A stretch of 64,000 nucleotides of DNA, taken from positions 5,146,001-5,210,000 of the forward strand of contig JBHGNT010000011.1 of NCBI GenBank assembly GCA_043228905.1, given 5' to 3'. The position numbers were made by a program, and so were the translations under genes. This stretch comes from Azolla caroliniana. Taxonomy: Eukaryota > Plantae > Polypodiophyta. Shown piece by piece: positions 48,510-62,395 of this stretch (position 1 is the first letter of the stretch; each line of letters opens with the position of its first letter). A model generated the notes under the pieces. That model saw nothing but the letters and a program-made list of their open reading frames with translations, was not told the DNA's origin and did no database searches.

Positions 48510-51400
48510 TTCATTACATTGAGCATCTGATTTCAGAATCATGTATATGATTCCTTCCGTCCATTCATCGGGCATATTCCCTGTTGAGAAAATTAAATTA
48601 ACTGCTCTAGTAAGAATAGGCCCCAACAAGTCCCAATAATGCAAATAGAATACCACTCCTATGTCATCCTTTCCAGGACACACATATTTCCCCAAGGATT
48701 TAGCCGTTGTCCAGACTTCAATGTCTGTAAATGGTTGAAGCAACTAGAAAGCCATTTCATGAGTGACCTTCTGTTGTACTGTTTCTAGTACCAGTTGTCT
48801 CTTCTTAAGATCTTCCTCTGAGAAGGATTTAGCAGATAATGACTGATGGTAATATGTCATACCTATGTCCCGCATCTCAGAATCATCTGTTGTATAAGAG
48901 CCATCAAGTCGTTTTAGGGTTTTGATAGATATTGTTTTATACTTCTGTTTAAATTGACTGAAGAACTCTTTGTTAACCCTATCCTACTTCTATGACCAAG
49001 AAGTTGTATTACGTTGGTAGAAATACAAGCCTCTCGCATGTTGCTTTTCTTTTAAATTGCTTTTTACTTGTTGTAAATCCGAGCGCAACATAGGTAAGGT
49101 TGGGTATTTTTCCAATAACTTTTGTGTTGCAGCCAATGCTCGACGCAAATTAGCAATCTATGCATTGCATCGATCAACTGAAGAGGCAACTATGTTTATG
49201 AAGAAGCTCTTGACATCAAGGATGGCATAAGTGATATCTCTGAGCAGAAAGGCATCAAAGAAGCTATACTTAGACTAGATTTGAGCTATAGAAACTCTAT
49301 GATTTTCATCAACAAGCAATGAGGTCGGGATACGGAATTGCTTAAGATAGGATCTTTTGATGAATACAATGTTTAACTTCAATGGATAATGATCAAAAGT
49401 TACCGTCCCGGTAATAATCCCCATAGATTCAGAAGCTTCTTAAAAAAATCTACTAGCATAGAACCTATTCAATCGTGCCAAATTAGCAACAATCACACTA
49501 CCATTTGACCAGGAGAAATGAAGAGATCCTTGCATTCGAGAAATGAAGTGAATATTCCATAGGTCCAATCAACCAAAAGAGAAATAGAAGGAATCCCAAA
49601 GCTCTAACTGCTCGGCCTGTAATTGTACTAATTGAGCCTCCCCTTCTATCAGATGCTTCTTCAATCATGTTAAAGTCACCACCCACAAGCCAAGAATCTG
49701 CTAATCCAGCGTATTCAAAAAGAGAAATCCAAAAGGAAGCTCTTTCTAGGGCCGAGTTAGAAGCATATAGATTTATAATACCAGTCTTTTGAGGTCCTAT
49801 TTGAATAATAAGAAATTGCACTCTTTTATTCAACATAGTATCTGCCGAGACTATGATGGACGCCCATTGTTCTTTAATAGCCATACATAAACCAGCTTGT
49901 CTACTACTTGGACCTATCGTTTGGACCCAGAAATGTATCCATTTCCCTAGCAGGATGGAACCATAACTTTGTATCCTATCAGCAGACAAGTGATGCTCTT
50001 GCAAAAAAAAATATCAATAGCTGCAACATTAGGTGTATCTAAATCTGCTCATATAAGTCCTTTAAATCTAGGAAAGGCCTGACCCCCTTGTTCCAAGAAA
50101 GGATATTTAACTTGTCCATACTACATATGATTTGAAGATGTCCGTTTCTCAAGGAAAACATCTTGACAACTCTTCTTAGCACCCTCATGAGCGCGGATTT
50201 GTCGCTTTGTTAGCAAGTCCTTCCCTACATACTTATGAACCCTATGCTCTTTGACAGCCTTATCCAACACCTGGTCTGATGCCATATCTTTCGAGGATCC
50301 AAACTTGAAACCATTCGCCTCTTTCTCTGTCAATAACAATTCTACTTCCATTGTTTCCTTTTTCTCATAAAGAGTTTTTCCTTTGTTATTATCAGTTGTA
50401 GGTATAGTTACAGTTTCCTCCAATCATTGGATAGTGGCAGCCACCATCTTCTGCTGCCCTTGTAGCTCTAGCTTTTGTTGCTAAGCGATTTCAATCTCCA
50501 TGTCATCTTCCTTCTGTTTCAAATTATCTGGCGAGATTGTTTTGGTTGGTGATTGGCCCTCTATCAACCAAGAAGATGACTTAGAAGGCATTGTTTCCAT
50601 TGGGAGACATGTATCAGTCTTTGATGAAATCAATGAAATTGTCACAAGTAGCATTGAGGATCCTCATTATCTACTTGAAGTGTTGTATATTTATTCTGAA
50701 GGGGAGGAAATTCTTGAAGGTTATTAGGCTGTACTTGTTCGAGATGTTTTCCTATTCCCTACTATAGTCCATCCTTTAGATGAGGCCTTGTATGGAATAA
50801 TGGTCGTAGAGGGCTCCACTATATGAGAGGGATTTTGAAACTTAGGACAATGTTTGGCCAAATGGCCAAACCCAAATGTTCCTGTCTTGAACCTGCATCA
50901 ATGTTCATCAAACCTTCACCTACAACCCCATTAAGCAAAGTTCTTGCCACATCTGATTTCTTGCTATCTCTTCCAATCCTAGCCTTTCCTTCAGTAGATG
51001 ATCCCTCCGACGACCTTGACACAACAACCTTAGCGGCTGAAATTGCCTGTCCACTTGGTGCTAGAGTAACAAGTGAATATGCAGGCATCACCATTGTCTT
51101 ATTCCCCTATCTACATGTTGTCAGATCATCCATACATGTGGCGGTTGTTCCAATAGCCGCAACAGATGAAGGCAAGGATTCGTGGGAAGAGGAAAGTAAT
51201 AGAGCGTGAGGAAAGGGAGTGTGAGAAGAGGAAGGTAAGGAAGCATGATGAGAGGCAACTTGAAGAGCTGAGACGTGAGGCAAACCCACCTGTACGCCTA
51301 CAGAGGAAGCTACAAGAGTGGCGGCGTCCTTGGTCGTGTGCGCTGACACAGAGGCGGGTGCGATGGAGTAGTTCATCTCTCAAATGGTGCCATTTATGTT
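48510..51400 (-). pseudogene. Degenerate L1-type LINE (ORF1 remnants, endonuclease, start of RT)
   Basis: QEHHL, INLYASN, LVGGDFNMIE, CPGKDDIGVVFYLHYWDLLGP. The upper boundary is approximate. Confidence 0.75.
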
Positions 51401-51779
51401 AGAAAGGAAAGCTATCACAGTCAAGTGAGGATGGGTTTCTTTTCACAAATGGATCCACAATTTCTTGGCCAACCAGGTACATCATGACCTTAACTCTTTT
51501 TATACATGTATGGTGGTTCTCCCGAACTTGCGTAAAGAATGGACAACTTCTATCGCATTAATTGCTGCTACAATTGATACGGTATTAGAGGTATATGTAT
51601 GATAAACCACGAAAAGAAGGAGACAAAATGTGAGGTGCGATGTCAGCTACGATTCTGGTTTCTAAGGCTACGGTATTGCCATCTCACATTCTGTTGCCCA
51701 ATTTGTTAGACAACGTAGTCTCCGTATTCTCAGAAAATCATGTACGGAGGTCTGCCCAATCAATGTTTTCCAATTACCT

Positions 51780-52680
51780 GTACTTTCGGCATAGTTGAAG
51801 TCGGGTATAGCCTTCGACTTTGGTTGGATTGGCCAATCTGAATGTTAGTTGTGCATCCTCGGTTCCTCTCATATACCTAAAGATGTGCATGACGGCCTCC
51901 GAATGCTTTCGTCCTTGGTTTTACATGTATCGGTTGACGACCCCTATGGCAAATGCAAGCTTAGGTCGGGTCGCCACCATAATGTACATGATACTTCCTA
52001 TGGCCGATGCATAGGGTATCTTCCTATTGAGCTCTCTTCCAATGCAACTTCCCTTCTATTTGGTGGTCTCTAGTGGAACGCACCTCTAGTTTCCTTTTCG
52101 ACCAGGCAGTTGACTTCTGGAAGTAGTTCCTAGCCAGGTAGAGTATGCATGCCTCTCTCGCTCATGTGACCAAGCCTCTTGTGCCATATCTCTCCACTCG
52201 AGTCAGCTACCACGTTTGCTTCGTCCTTGCACAACTTGGCATGCATCACATACAAAGTTCCATGTTTCTGTGCGGGCCACTATGAGATTTCCCCGACATA
52301 GCTTCCATTTGCCATTTCGAAAACTACCATTGTAGCCTTCATCGTGCAATCTTCTAGTCGATATCAGATTCAGCCTAATATCTGGCACATGTCGAACATC
52401 CCTCAGGGTCAGCCAACAACCGGTCGACGTTGTCAGGCATACACTTCTAATGTCGGCTATCTTGCATGCTCCATTATCTCCCATCTTTAAATAGTCATAG
52501 TCATCAGCTGTGTGAGATGAAAAACACTCTCTCGAGGGAGTTATATGGAATGATGCATCAGAGCTTATCACCTAGGTCCACTCTTCATTTGCAAGGTTTG
52601 CACTTGCTTGCTCGCAAATGAACAAAAGCTCTTCTTCACTTGTAGCCATGGTTGAAGTGCCCTTTTCCTCAAAAAAATTC
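51780..52680 (-). pseudogene. Degenerate copia fragments (protease/pre-integrase joined to RT end)
   Basis: SSDASFHITP...DVRHVPDIRLNLIS; ASAIGSIMYIMVATRP. Confidence 0.8.
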
Positions 52681-52879
52681 TAGGATCGTTTGAATTTTGA
52701 GTGTTCCCATATTTCACTCACCATAATAAATGATATGTATTTAATTAATCAATCAAACCAATTTCGTAAATGATCTTCAAGATTTGCCCACTAAAATTTA
52801 GCTCAACTAATAACTAAATAGCTATAGTTATTTTAGCTACATGGTAGCTATAATGGTGTTTCCATTCCCATGCTTTCAC

Positions 52880-53530
52880 CCTTTTAGAGAAGGGCCTTCA
52901 CTTGAGATCAAGAAATGGCGGCCTATTGCAATACTCAACATGGATTATAAAATTTTGGCTAAATTACTATGTATACAACTTCAAACTATGTCACCTATGA
53001 TTACACATTCAACCCAAATAGGTTTAATTTGTGAACGATGTATCTTGGATAATATCAATAAATTTTGGGAATCAGTTGCTATAATTGTCAAATCCAATCA
53101 GAAGTTGGTAAATGGATATGCTTGAATTTGAGAAAGCTTATGACCATGTTGATTGGAACTTCTTGCAAGATCCATTGGCTAAGTTCCATTTCTCTCAAAT
53201 GTGGATTACAAGTATTTTCCTCTTTATAGTGTACCCCACAAAGTCGAGTTTTATTGGTAGGGAACTATGGCTCTTTCTTTGCCATTTCATGGCCACTTAG
53301 AAAAGGGTGCTCTTTGGCTTCTTTTATGTTTCTTTTCTTTGTTGAGGCAATGATTACCTTTTTTATTGCCGATGACCTTGGTCTACACGGATTGTATATC
53401 TCATTTAAAGTGCAAAATAAAGAGAAGTTGATTTTGCTAATGATGTTGCCTTATACGTGCATGGTGATTTGGATAATCAAATAAGTTGAACTGGCCATTT
53501 CTACGTTTTGTAAGGCCCTTGTGCACTTGT
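52880..53530 (+). pseudogene. L1 RT fragment
   Basis: WRPIAILNMDYKILAK, EFEKAYDHVDW, LRKGCSLAS. Confidence 0.8.
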
Positions 53531-54139
53531 GAACTAGAATAAATGACGAACAACAAAGAGAAATGGTGGGTTTTTTGCTTGCCAACAAAAAATAGGTAGA
53601 AAAGAGAACGAAGACGTTCCTATCACATAATACGGTATACCCATTGTTGTCGTCATCGTTGTTGCTATTGTTGCCATTGCAATGTTGTTGCAGCTATTGG
53701 TTGACGTCAACATTGTTGTCGCATTGTGAACCTAAGTGATGTGATTGTATATCACTCCCACTTCATCCTCCACTTTTTCCCTTCATCCACTTCTTTTTCC
53801 TCTTTTGGTCCATGCCAACAAAAAGGAAAACTTACCATTTTCCCTTAAAATATACCCATACATACCAACAAACAAATACATGCATATTATACCTAAGTTG
53901 AAGGACAAATACATATACATATATACATATATTATACCCAAGTTAGAGGATCCTAAATTTTGATATGAAGAAATTATACCCAAGTTAGAGGCCTTATTAC
54001 AATACTGAACTTGGTTTATAAACTCCTCACTAAACTAATGAATATACTCCTTCAAATTATGTTACTAGTATTATACACAGCCCAAACAGGTTTCATTAGT
54101 TAACAAAGTATCTTGACTAATGTTTATACATTTTAGGAA

Positions 54140-54480
54140 TTAGATGCTATAGCTGCCAAATCCAAACAGAAGTTGGCAATTGTTATGCTTGATTTGAGAA
54201 AGCTTATGATGTGTTGATTGGGACTTCTTGCAAGATACATTGGGTAAGTTTTGTTTCTCTTAGGAGCAGATTAGAGGTATAATTTCCTTCTTTTATTGCA
54301 CAACTCAAAGCCGGGTTTTATTGGCAGGGGACTATGGACCTTTCTTAACCATCTCATGGTAAGATAGACAAGGGTGCCCTTTGGCTTCTTTCCTATTTCT
54401 TTCTTTGTTGAGGAAATCATTGCCTTGCAACAGTCAATGACATTGGTCTCATTCTCACATGCAGAATTAAGAGAAGCTAA
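54140..54480 (+). pseudogene. Second L1 RT fragment similar to 53080-53440
   Basis: Shared DNA ...TTTGAGAAAGCTTATGA...AGGGTGCCCTTTGGCTTCTTT. Confidence 0.7.
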
Positions 54481-56250
54481 ATATGCTAAAGGTTGTTATA
54501 TATATGTTTTCTCGCTAAGTCTATTGTTTTAAATCCAATTCTTCTCTACAGCATCGAGTTCTTATTTCATCCTAAACATAGATTCATCAATCCATCATGT
54601 CCATCTTCCATCTTAAAAGCCCAATACTTCCACCCAAACTTTGCCTTCCATGCTCGTGACACCTAGCCTCTAGTTACCACTTATCACAAGGACACCCATC
54701 CATGACCATTCTAGATCACCATGGACACCTCACACCACCATTTCATGTGAAATCTGATTAATTGGTATTTTGACATCTTCACATGATCTTACAAAGACAT
54801 GCATGGATAAGATCCACAATTTTATTAGCATCTGATCCACTTGAAAGTGGATTCTGCTTAATCCAGTGGAGACCCTATTATATGAATCCAAACTACTAGG
54901 ATCTCATGGAGAAAGAGATTGATAAATTGCTTGAGGTTAGAGTTATTAAACCTTTGAACAATATCACATGGCTCAACACAAAAAGAATGACAAAATCTAC
55001 ATTTACATTGACTTGAATATGGCAACCATCGATGATTCTTTCATTGTCCTTCTCATGGATATTGACTTGGACACCATTGTTGGTGATGAGATTTAGAACT
55101 TCGTACATGCACTCATCAACTATAACCAAATCTAAATGAGAACTAATGACCAAGAGAAAATGGCTTTGATCACCCACGAGACTTTTACGTGACATGCTTC
55201 TTTGCCCAAATTATCCACCAAAACCATTCTCTTGGAACAAAGTCAAGTACTGTTGTTACGTACATACAATGTATAAGGTTGACGTATATATTTTGGTATC
55301 AACCTTTATTTGCAAGTCCCCATGCTAACATTCTTAGGCGATACACATATTTGGGTCAAATGTTGGTCACACCAAACTACTCATATGTATGAAAGCGTTT
55401 ACAACTTGGATGTATCCTAGGTTTGAACCAAAGACCTTACCTATAGTGAATATTCACCCTAAACACTATTCTTATAGTTATCTCATCAACATTTTGAAAA
55501 GGAAGAGAGACAATCAAGTTGTTTTGCCCATGAGAAATAAAACATAACCGCAAAAACTAACAATTAGATTATTAATCATCAAGCGATTAAGTGTATGTCG
55601 ATGAGATAGATTTGAGAAACTGACTAATATATTTTATTTACATGTCATGATTGAGATTGGTCGAATTTTATCATCAATGTATTGCAAAAAAAAAAGTGTC
55701 AAGCACTCCCGTCTACATTCTCATTTGAGCATCAAAATAAGTATACTCCATTTTTTGGTCGCCAAACTTCAACTTACGATTCTGGTATACAAGCATACTC
55801 ATAAAATAATAAATGCATGAATATAAACAAAGATCTTGTAATTTTCCAACAAGTCTTGCATTTCGTATATGTTCTATGTAGTTTAATTCTCACATAGATG
55901 TTTGTTCATCAAGGTTTACAGATTGTACATTAGTAGCACTCATTGAATCTGCAACAGTTTTTTCTCTCATGAAAAAAGGATCACCCTAGAAATACAGGTT
56001 TAAAAACAAAATCGACCCATCAAGGTCTCTATCATTAAATAAAATAAAACAACAGAGTTTAGCAGGTGAAAACCCTAAATGGTATACATACATAACAACA
56101 AAGGTCTTTCTTTCTCTTTTGAAAAACAAATAAAAAAATTCAAGTCAGTTCGAGGTATAATTTGAATCATATCTGAATGTAAACCTCTTTGACAAACAAT
56201 TTGATGTATATCTTCTCCAAAATAACTAACAGAACATTACATACCTCGAA

Positions 56251-58758
56251 TCAAATTCTAATGACATAAGAGTTTGCATGAGTAACATAACGAACCCAAC
56301 GGTAAGGATTGTATGCCTTCGATTTCTTCACAATCTGAAGATAACGTACCTACACAAGCAATATTCACACACAAAGTTCATAAAAGATATTGCATCTATG
56401 TTATGTAAGCTTTATAAATTTTGAAAGATGTCGATGTATGTAGAATAAAAAGAGGTATTCATTAAAAAATCAGCCTTTTCTATCAAAAAATAAATCAAGT
56501 TATTTTTTCCTTGTATATGGTGGGAAAAAATCAAGCTTTCCTAACAAGATAACGTACCTACACAAGCACTATTCACACACACATAATGCTCACAAAAGAT
56601 ATTGGATCTATGTCCTGTAAGTTTATATATTTTGGAAGATGTCGATATATGTAGAGCAAAAGAGGTATTCATTAAAAACTTAAGCTTTCCTATCAAAAAA
56701 CAAGTCGAGTTATATTTTCTTTGTATATAGTTGGAAAAGATGAAGTTTTTTTAATGACGAACAAAATGAAGGGTCAATGTTCCTTATCTACATCAGGAAA
56801 ACGTCAAAATTTCCTGTTGAACAAAGTCGGTGACATTTTCCTTGTATATACTTGAGCGAATCGAGATTTACCATTGAACACAAAATCAGTCGTAGTATAC
56901 ACAATATCAAGATTCATTTGTATGTATATATGTTGGACCCACATTCTAACTCTCTAGTTTTACATTACCAGATCTTCCACCAACATAACAATACTATACT
57001 ATCCTGAACTAAAGCTTCCTAACACATCTTACAGAGAAAAATAATCGTTTAGAAAATTATTTTACAAGAAAATTTCAGGAATATGGACACATTGTTAAAC
57101 GGATACATTTTACCCCAAATACAACATGAGACTGATGTTTACCTGTAAGCGTGAAGCATTGAACATCGGAATTGTAAAGTTCATACTCACTGGACCCGTC
57201 TCCTTCTTGATGTTTCCTGTATAGAAAATAAAAGAGAACCTTCCAGTTACACATTGCATATACAACTCCAAAGTTTCCAAGCCTCTTTTAAGGAAAACCT
57301 ACAAAATACCCCTGATTCTTCTTTAGTTCCCAAAACCTTACGTTTTGGTTGTTTCCACCCCTCTCAAACGACTAAATATTCTATTTGAGCAGCAATATAG
57401 TCTTTTCCAAACCCTTCTCAGACAATTATAATTGCTATCTTTACAATTATATAGTCAATGAACTCTCGTTCAGGGATTGATCAGGGGTCTCAGGAAATAA
57501 CAAAACTATAAGGCCATTTGCAGAAATAAAGAAACTCTCAGGGATATTTCAGAGTTTCTCCTTTCTAGTTTTTACCATTTCTCTCCTGTGACAATGTAAG
57601 TTTCACCCGCAGTACGTGTTCTGAACCACCAACAATCTGCGTAATAAAAGGCAAAATTGTAGTCACTTCCTAATTAAAAACTAATCATTAAGGAAATTTT
57701 TTATCAATGAACCACGAATTGGAGTAATTAAATAGCTAGCTGGCCGTCATATCTACATAAATCAAAGGCAGATTCACTATGTAATAATTAATAAATCATT
57801 GCCTAACTAGCTCAGTCTAAAATTCACAGCCTACTCTTTAGCTTAAATGAACTTTTCAGTAGAAAATAAATTCAGTTCAATTCAAGTGACTTGACTGAAA
57901 CAGACCTTTCGCAATCCCCATTCCACCATTTTATTACTCTCTTTGAAATCTGTTGATTGACCTGCTGCACCAATATCTACTTCAAAGCTTGCTCTACAAA
58001 GAATGAGAGTAGTTATTTAGATTAAGATGATTGGAGCCTCACAAAAGAATATAGCTTGATATGTTAGAGAAGTGAATTATTATATATCACAACTATATAT
58101 CTCTTAATATTTCTTATGAAAGCCTTCTTTGCATCAAATAATGCTTCAACTAATCAGTTAAGAGTTGTGTATCCTTCAACTTAGCTAAATCAGCTTCAAT
58201 AATCCCTGATACTCACTGTCTCCTGCCTTAAACAAAAGAAAATAGCATGCAGTATACAAAGTGTATTACTATATACTATGATTACATGTCTTACCTTGTA
58301 GTTGATTTTGGCAGTGGAACTTTAAGAAGAACAGAGTTTGCAGTTATTGTATTGGCAAATTCGGCACGGATTTTCAACACTAGTTCTGCCTGATGTTTTG
58401 GGAAAATCAGTTTCTCTACGTTTACTATGTAACATAGCTAAAGAATTGAATGTATATAACACATCTGGTACCTTAAAAGGACCAGCATCTTGGATGACTG
58501 GGTACACCTTGAAAGGAACTTTAAATTCTTGTGTCATTCTATAATTCATGACAGGAAATTCTCCATCAGGCGGAACCTGTTATGGTCACACCAAAAGTGA
58601 TAAGATTCATTCATGAAGAAAACAAATAAATATAATAATGACCAATATCGCAATAGATCTTACCAAGGTGAGTGTTCGGTCCAAGTCAAAATCATCTAAG
58701 CGCACGGATTCGTGAAAATTACAGTCATCCAACATAACGATACCCATTCCCCCTGTCC
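56251..58758 (-). CDS. AP4M: AP-4 adaptor complex mu subunit, last seven coding exons (5' part not found in window)
   Basis: GT-AG exons 58758-58664, 58576-58472, 58389-58295, 57993-57906, 57636-57576, 57216-57143, 56349-56251 splice in frame: LDDCNFHESVRLD...VPPDGEFPVMNYRMTQEFK...IVGGSEH...GPVSMNFTIPMFNASRLQVRYLQI...YNPYRWVRYVTHANSYVIRI*. Confidence 0.93.
56338..56745. repeat. About 208-bp diverged tandem duplication spanning the last AP4M acceptor
   Basis: AAGATAACGTACCTACACAAGCA at 56338 and 56546, with continuing similarity. Confidence 0.85.
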
Positions 58759-59289
58759 CTGCAATCATATCATGATAAATATATGGTTTGAATATTGAAT
58801 TACATACAATATACATTAACCTAACCTTCATCCTGAATAAAGAAGTTATTACCATGTAATAAGACAAACATACTTCTTACTCTTTCCAGCTTCTTTTGAA
58901 GGATAACAAGACAGCCACACAACCTTATGAACAAAGAATAATCACAGCTGGCTCCTACTATACTCATGCTACAAGTCAATCAAGGACTACACAATCCCAA
59001 CCAGGACATTGCAAAGGGGTTACAATAGAACATGCAATAGCAATTTTTCCTGCATGTGTGCTCCAGTACCATGAACCACGACCTGCGGTAAAGGCCATTA
59101 TCTCCCACCATTGTAGGTGCTCCTCATGCTTCAGAGACCTCTCTATTCTGGATTGACCTATGCTAGAGATTTTTCGAAGAGAAAGAGTACAATATATCTG
59201 AATTGAGAGAATCTCACATGTATGGGTGACAAGATTCTTTAGTCACATCTTAATTCTATTTCTATTTATATTTTTACTTGGTTACGTTT

Positions 59290-60058
59290 ATTTTGGTTTT
59301 TTGTTCTCAAAGATGAGACAACATTTTAAGATGTAATTTCTTGTTTGGTCTTATAGGCCATTTTCGGCTCATAACAGATGTTAATATATCTTTCTTTCTT
59401 TCTTGAAGAAAATAATGAGGAGAAGCTAAATAGAATACACAAATGCAACTTCTAATAACTCTTCCTCCATATTCATATGCAAACACAAAAACAATATGAA
59501 AGTGCCTCTGGCTCCCATCATCACATTTACATCCATGTTGGATAAAAAATTGCACAGAATTGATATGTTACAATAGCTGTATGTAGGCTTCCGTATTTTC
59601 TTAAAGTGTTCACAAAGGAATCATCTCTCACTCAAGGTTCCTCAGAGGACAATATTGGTCTTTAATCGACATTAAAATGACATTCTTCTTCTATATTGTA
59701 TTAGTTTTGTTGTGCTGGCTCTTGGTGTTCACATCGAGCACATGTCTAGGTGTTCTCACCAAGAAGGTTAAAGATAATGTGACTTTTTCCCTAGCAGAAC
59801 TAGACGGCACTGAAATCACCGTGCGAACTACGGGAAAAGAGTTAGAATTCTTCAAGAACCGAGGAGCACCAAATATAGAAACCGATAATCAAGAGAACGA
59901 AGACATAGACGCTGACGAAGAGGAAGGGTGATTGAAAAGAAAGAAAGAAAGAAAGATATATTAACGTCTTTTAAGAGGCCAAAATGTCCTATAAGACCAA
60001 ATAAGAGATTACATCTAAGTGTTGTCTCGTCTTTGAGAACAAATCAAAATAAAATAAA
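59290..60058. repeat. Inverted pair of LINE-3'-end-like sequences (59290-59403 +, 59936-60058 -)
   Basis: Both end GAYGTTAATATATCTTTCTTTCTTTC, as does LINE F at 43214-43240. Confidence 0.75.
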
Positions 60059-61109
60059 TCGTACACAGTAAATATAAAAGTGCACCAACATTGGCACATA
60101 CCAGAGGATTTACGGTCGAATGTAATAGAAATTTCAGAAATCATTATACAGTCTCACTTCTTGTTTGATCTCTCATCTTTTGTTTCTTGTATCTTTCTCA
60201 ATAAACATGGATAATACTAAAGTGATGGTGTTTAACACCACTTAAGTATGGGTAACAAGATCAGAATCAGAATTCTTTTTGGAAGAGGAAAAGGTGGCAT
60301 ATACAAGCTCCTACATATACCTAGCAGTTACATTTGTAGGACCTAGTTCTCCCTATGGAAGGCTGCTTGTGCCCAACTTTCTTGTGGATATGCAGACCTT
60401 GCTGCTGTTGAAAGACAATGTGTACATTTGCAGTTCCACAAGCCATGAACTAAACTGTGGCTATTTGATATATTTCATACGGAGTCTTCACTATGGAGTC
60501 GAAACCTGAGGACTGAGTATTAGCAAGGAAAATAGCTGGAAAGATTTAGAGGTACCTTTAGTCTCAATAATGTTCAGCATGATAAGGAGCAAAGCATCAG
60601 TGCCCCACAATATAATATACACAGAGATAGGGGCAGCTCTAGTAACCACAGGGAAATTATTCCAATTAGTTACCAGTATCTAACTGCTTTGGGAGCTCCC
60701 TAAACAAAGGTACTCAAGGTTGGCCCTTATGTCATGAAAACAATTTTCTGAACACCGCGATAATCATTGTCTGTATGCTAAAACACAACAACAATTCAAG
60801 TTGCATGGAAAAAGCATAAATGCAATACCACCTTTCCAAAATAGCTTGGATTGTGCCCATCTAAACATTACCATAGAGGAAAAGAATAGTGATTCAAACT
60901 GATATGATCAACTTGGAGTAACAGAAGAGAACCATGGATCAGCCCCACATCTGTTGGCAGAAAGATGGCCCACTATAAGGCACACTTTTTACACACAACA
61001 GAGGACGGATTCATCATCAGGCCATCCTCTTATATAGACATACATCTATCCTATGTGCTGCGAAGTGTCATAGGCCAACTGCAGACCTCTTCACATCAGT
61101 TAGACATTG

Positions 61110-61272
61110 AAGTAGATATGCCTGCATACCTCTAGAAAGAATTAACTAACCATATCATAAGGGAATAGAATCTGAAGAAAGCCATGTCTGTTGTACTGTT
61201 TTTAACTACGGAAAGTAGATATGCATGCATACCTCTAGAAAGAATTAACCAACCATATCATAAGGGAATAGA
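61110..61272. repeat. About 60-bp direct repeat, 104-bp period, beside a decayed LINE RT fragment
   Basis: AAGTAGATATGC.TGCATACCTCTAGAAAGAATTAAC.AACCATATCATAAGGGAATAGA twice; LYADEI near 61320. Confidence 0.8.
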
Positions 61273-62395
61273 GTGAGATACCATTCCCTCTTTAACTACG
61301 GAATTTGAATACCTGTTCTGTATATGCAGATGAAATTGCACTTAAAGCAGACTCTCCAGAGGGCTTATGGAGAAACTTTGACATGATTTAAAGAATCTTA
61401 AGAAAACCAAGGTCATGGTGTTTAGAGCTAAAAGTGGATGAAGTCAGCACCTATTATCATGTCTGGACAAGTAGGGTTAGATTATGTGAATTCATACACC
61501 TAACTTGGTGTTGTGTTCAAGTGACCTATCTTATCCATGACAGAAGTTGTCAATGGTTGACTTACTAGGGGATATGCAGGACAAGAGTGGATGTGCTAAC
61601 ATACTCAGTTCCGAAAGCCACGTACTAAGTTGTGGCTATTTGATACTTTCATTGCAGACGCAGGGGATTAATGTCATTGCAGATTTATGCGCATCTCTGG
61701 AGACCACCTTACCAAGAAGAGAGGAGCAGATTCGTTTCCAAGAAAATGCAGATTGGAGTGCAACTGCACATTTTCTAAATGTACAATTTTAGAGTTTCTG
61801 TAGAAGGTCGACCATCAAAAGACTAAAGCATATCATGCAGAAGTTAATGACTTCGACAATATCAAACATTTTCTTAAAGTTCTCAGTCAGATATCCTAAA
61901 TGTAAATAATGTTGAGTTTCGTAGAGTTGGGTTGTGCAGAAGCATTGTGCATGTGTAAGAATGGGTGTGTGAAAAAGAGAAGGAATCAAAGAAAACAACC
62001 AGAAGTGAAATGTACACCAGAGGGGAATGCGAACTTATGCACAGGAGGAACTATATTCATCAACTAAGAATCATCAACCAGAACACAATGGGCCAAGTGG
62101 GCTTTTTATAGAAGTCCTCAAGGGACGAGCACATTAAATGCTGTTGGTGGAGTCTAGTATTAGACATCCACTAAAGTATGATGCTATCATAAGAATATCT
62201 AATATTCTTTGACCACATTTACAGTTGACAACTTGATATCACAATCTAGGTCTTCGTGTAACTAGATCGTTTACACAGATTACAATGAAGTGTGTTCATA
62301 TACTTTTTCACATATCGTGCTTTTCTCCGTTAACACTGGTTCACACAAGTTGAGCTTGATTCTCTACACTCCATTTGCTTCGGCATGGAGGGTGG

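Noticed and set aside
61799-62395. Solo LTR (TG...CA)
   Set aside because: No matching target-site duplication and no second copy in the window.
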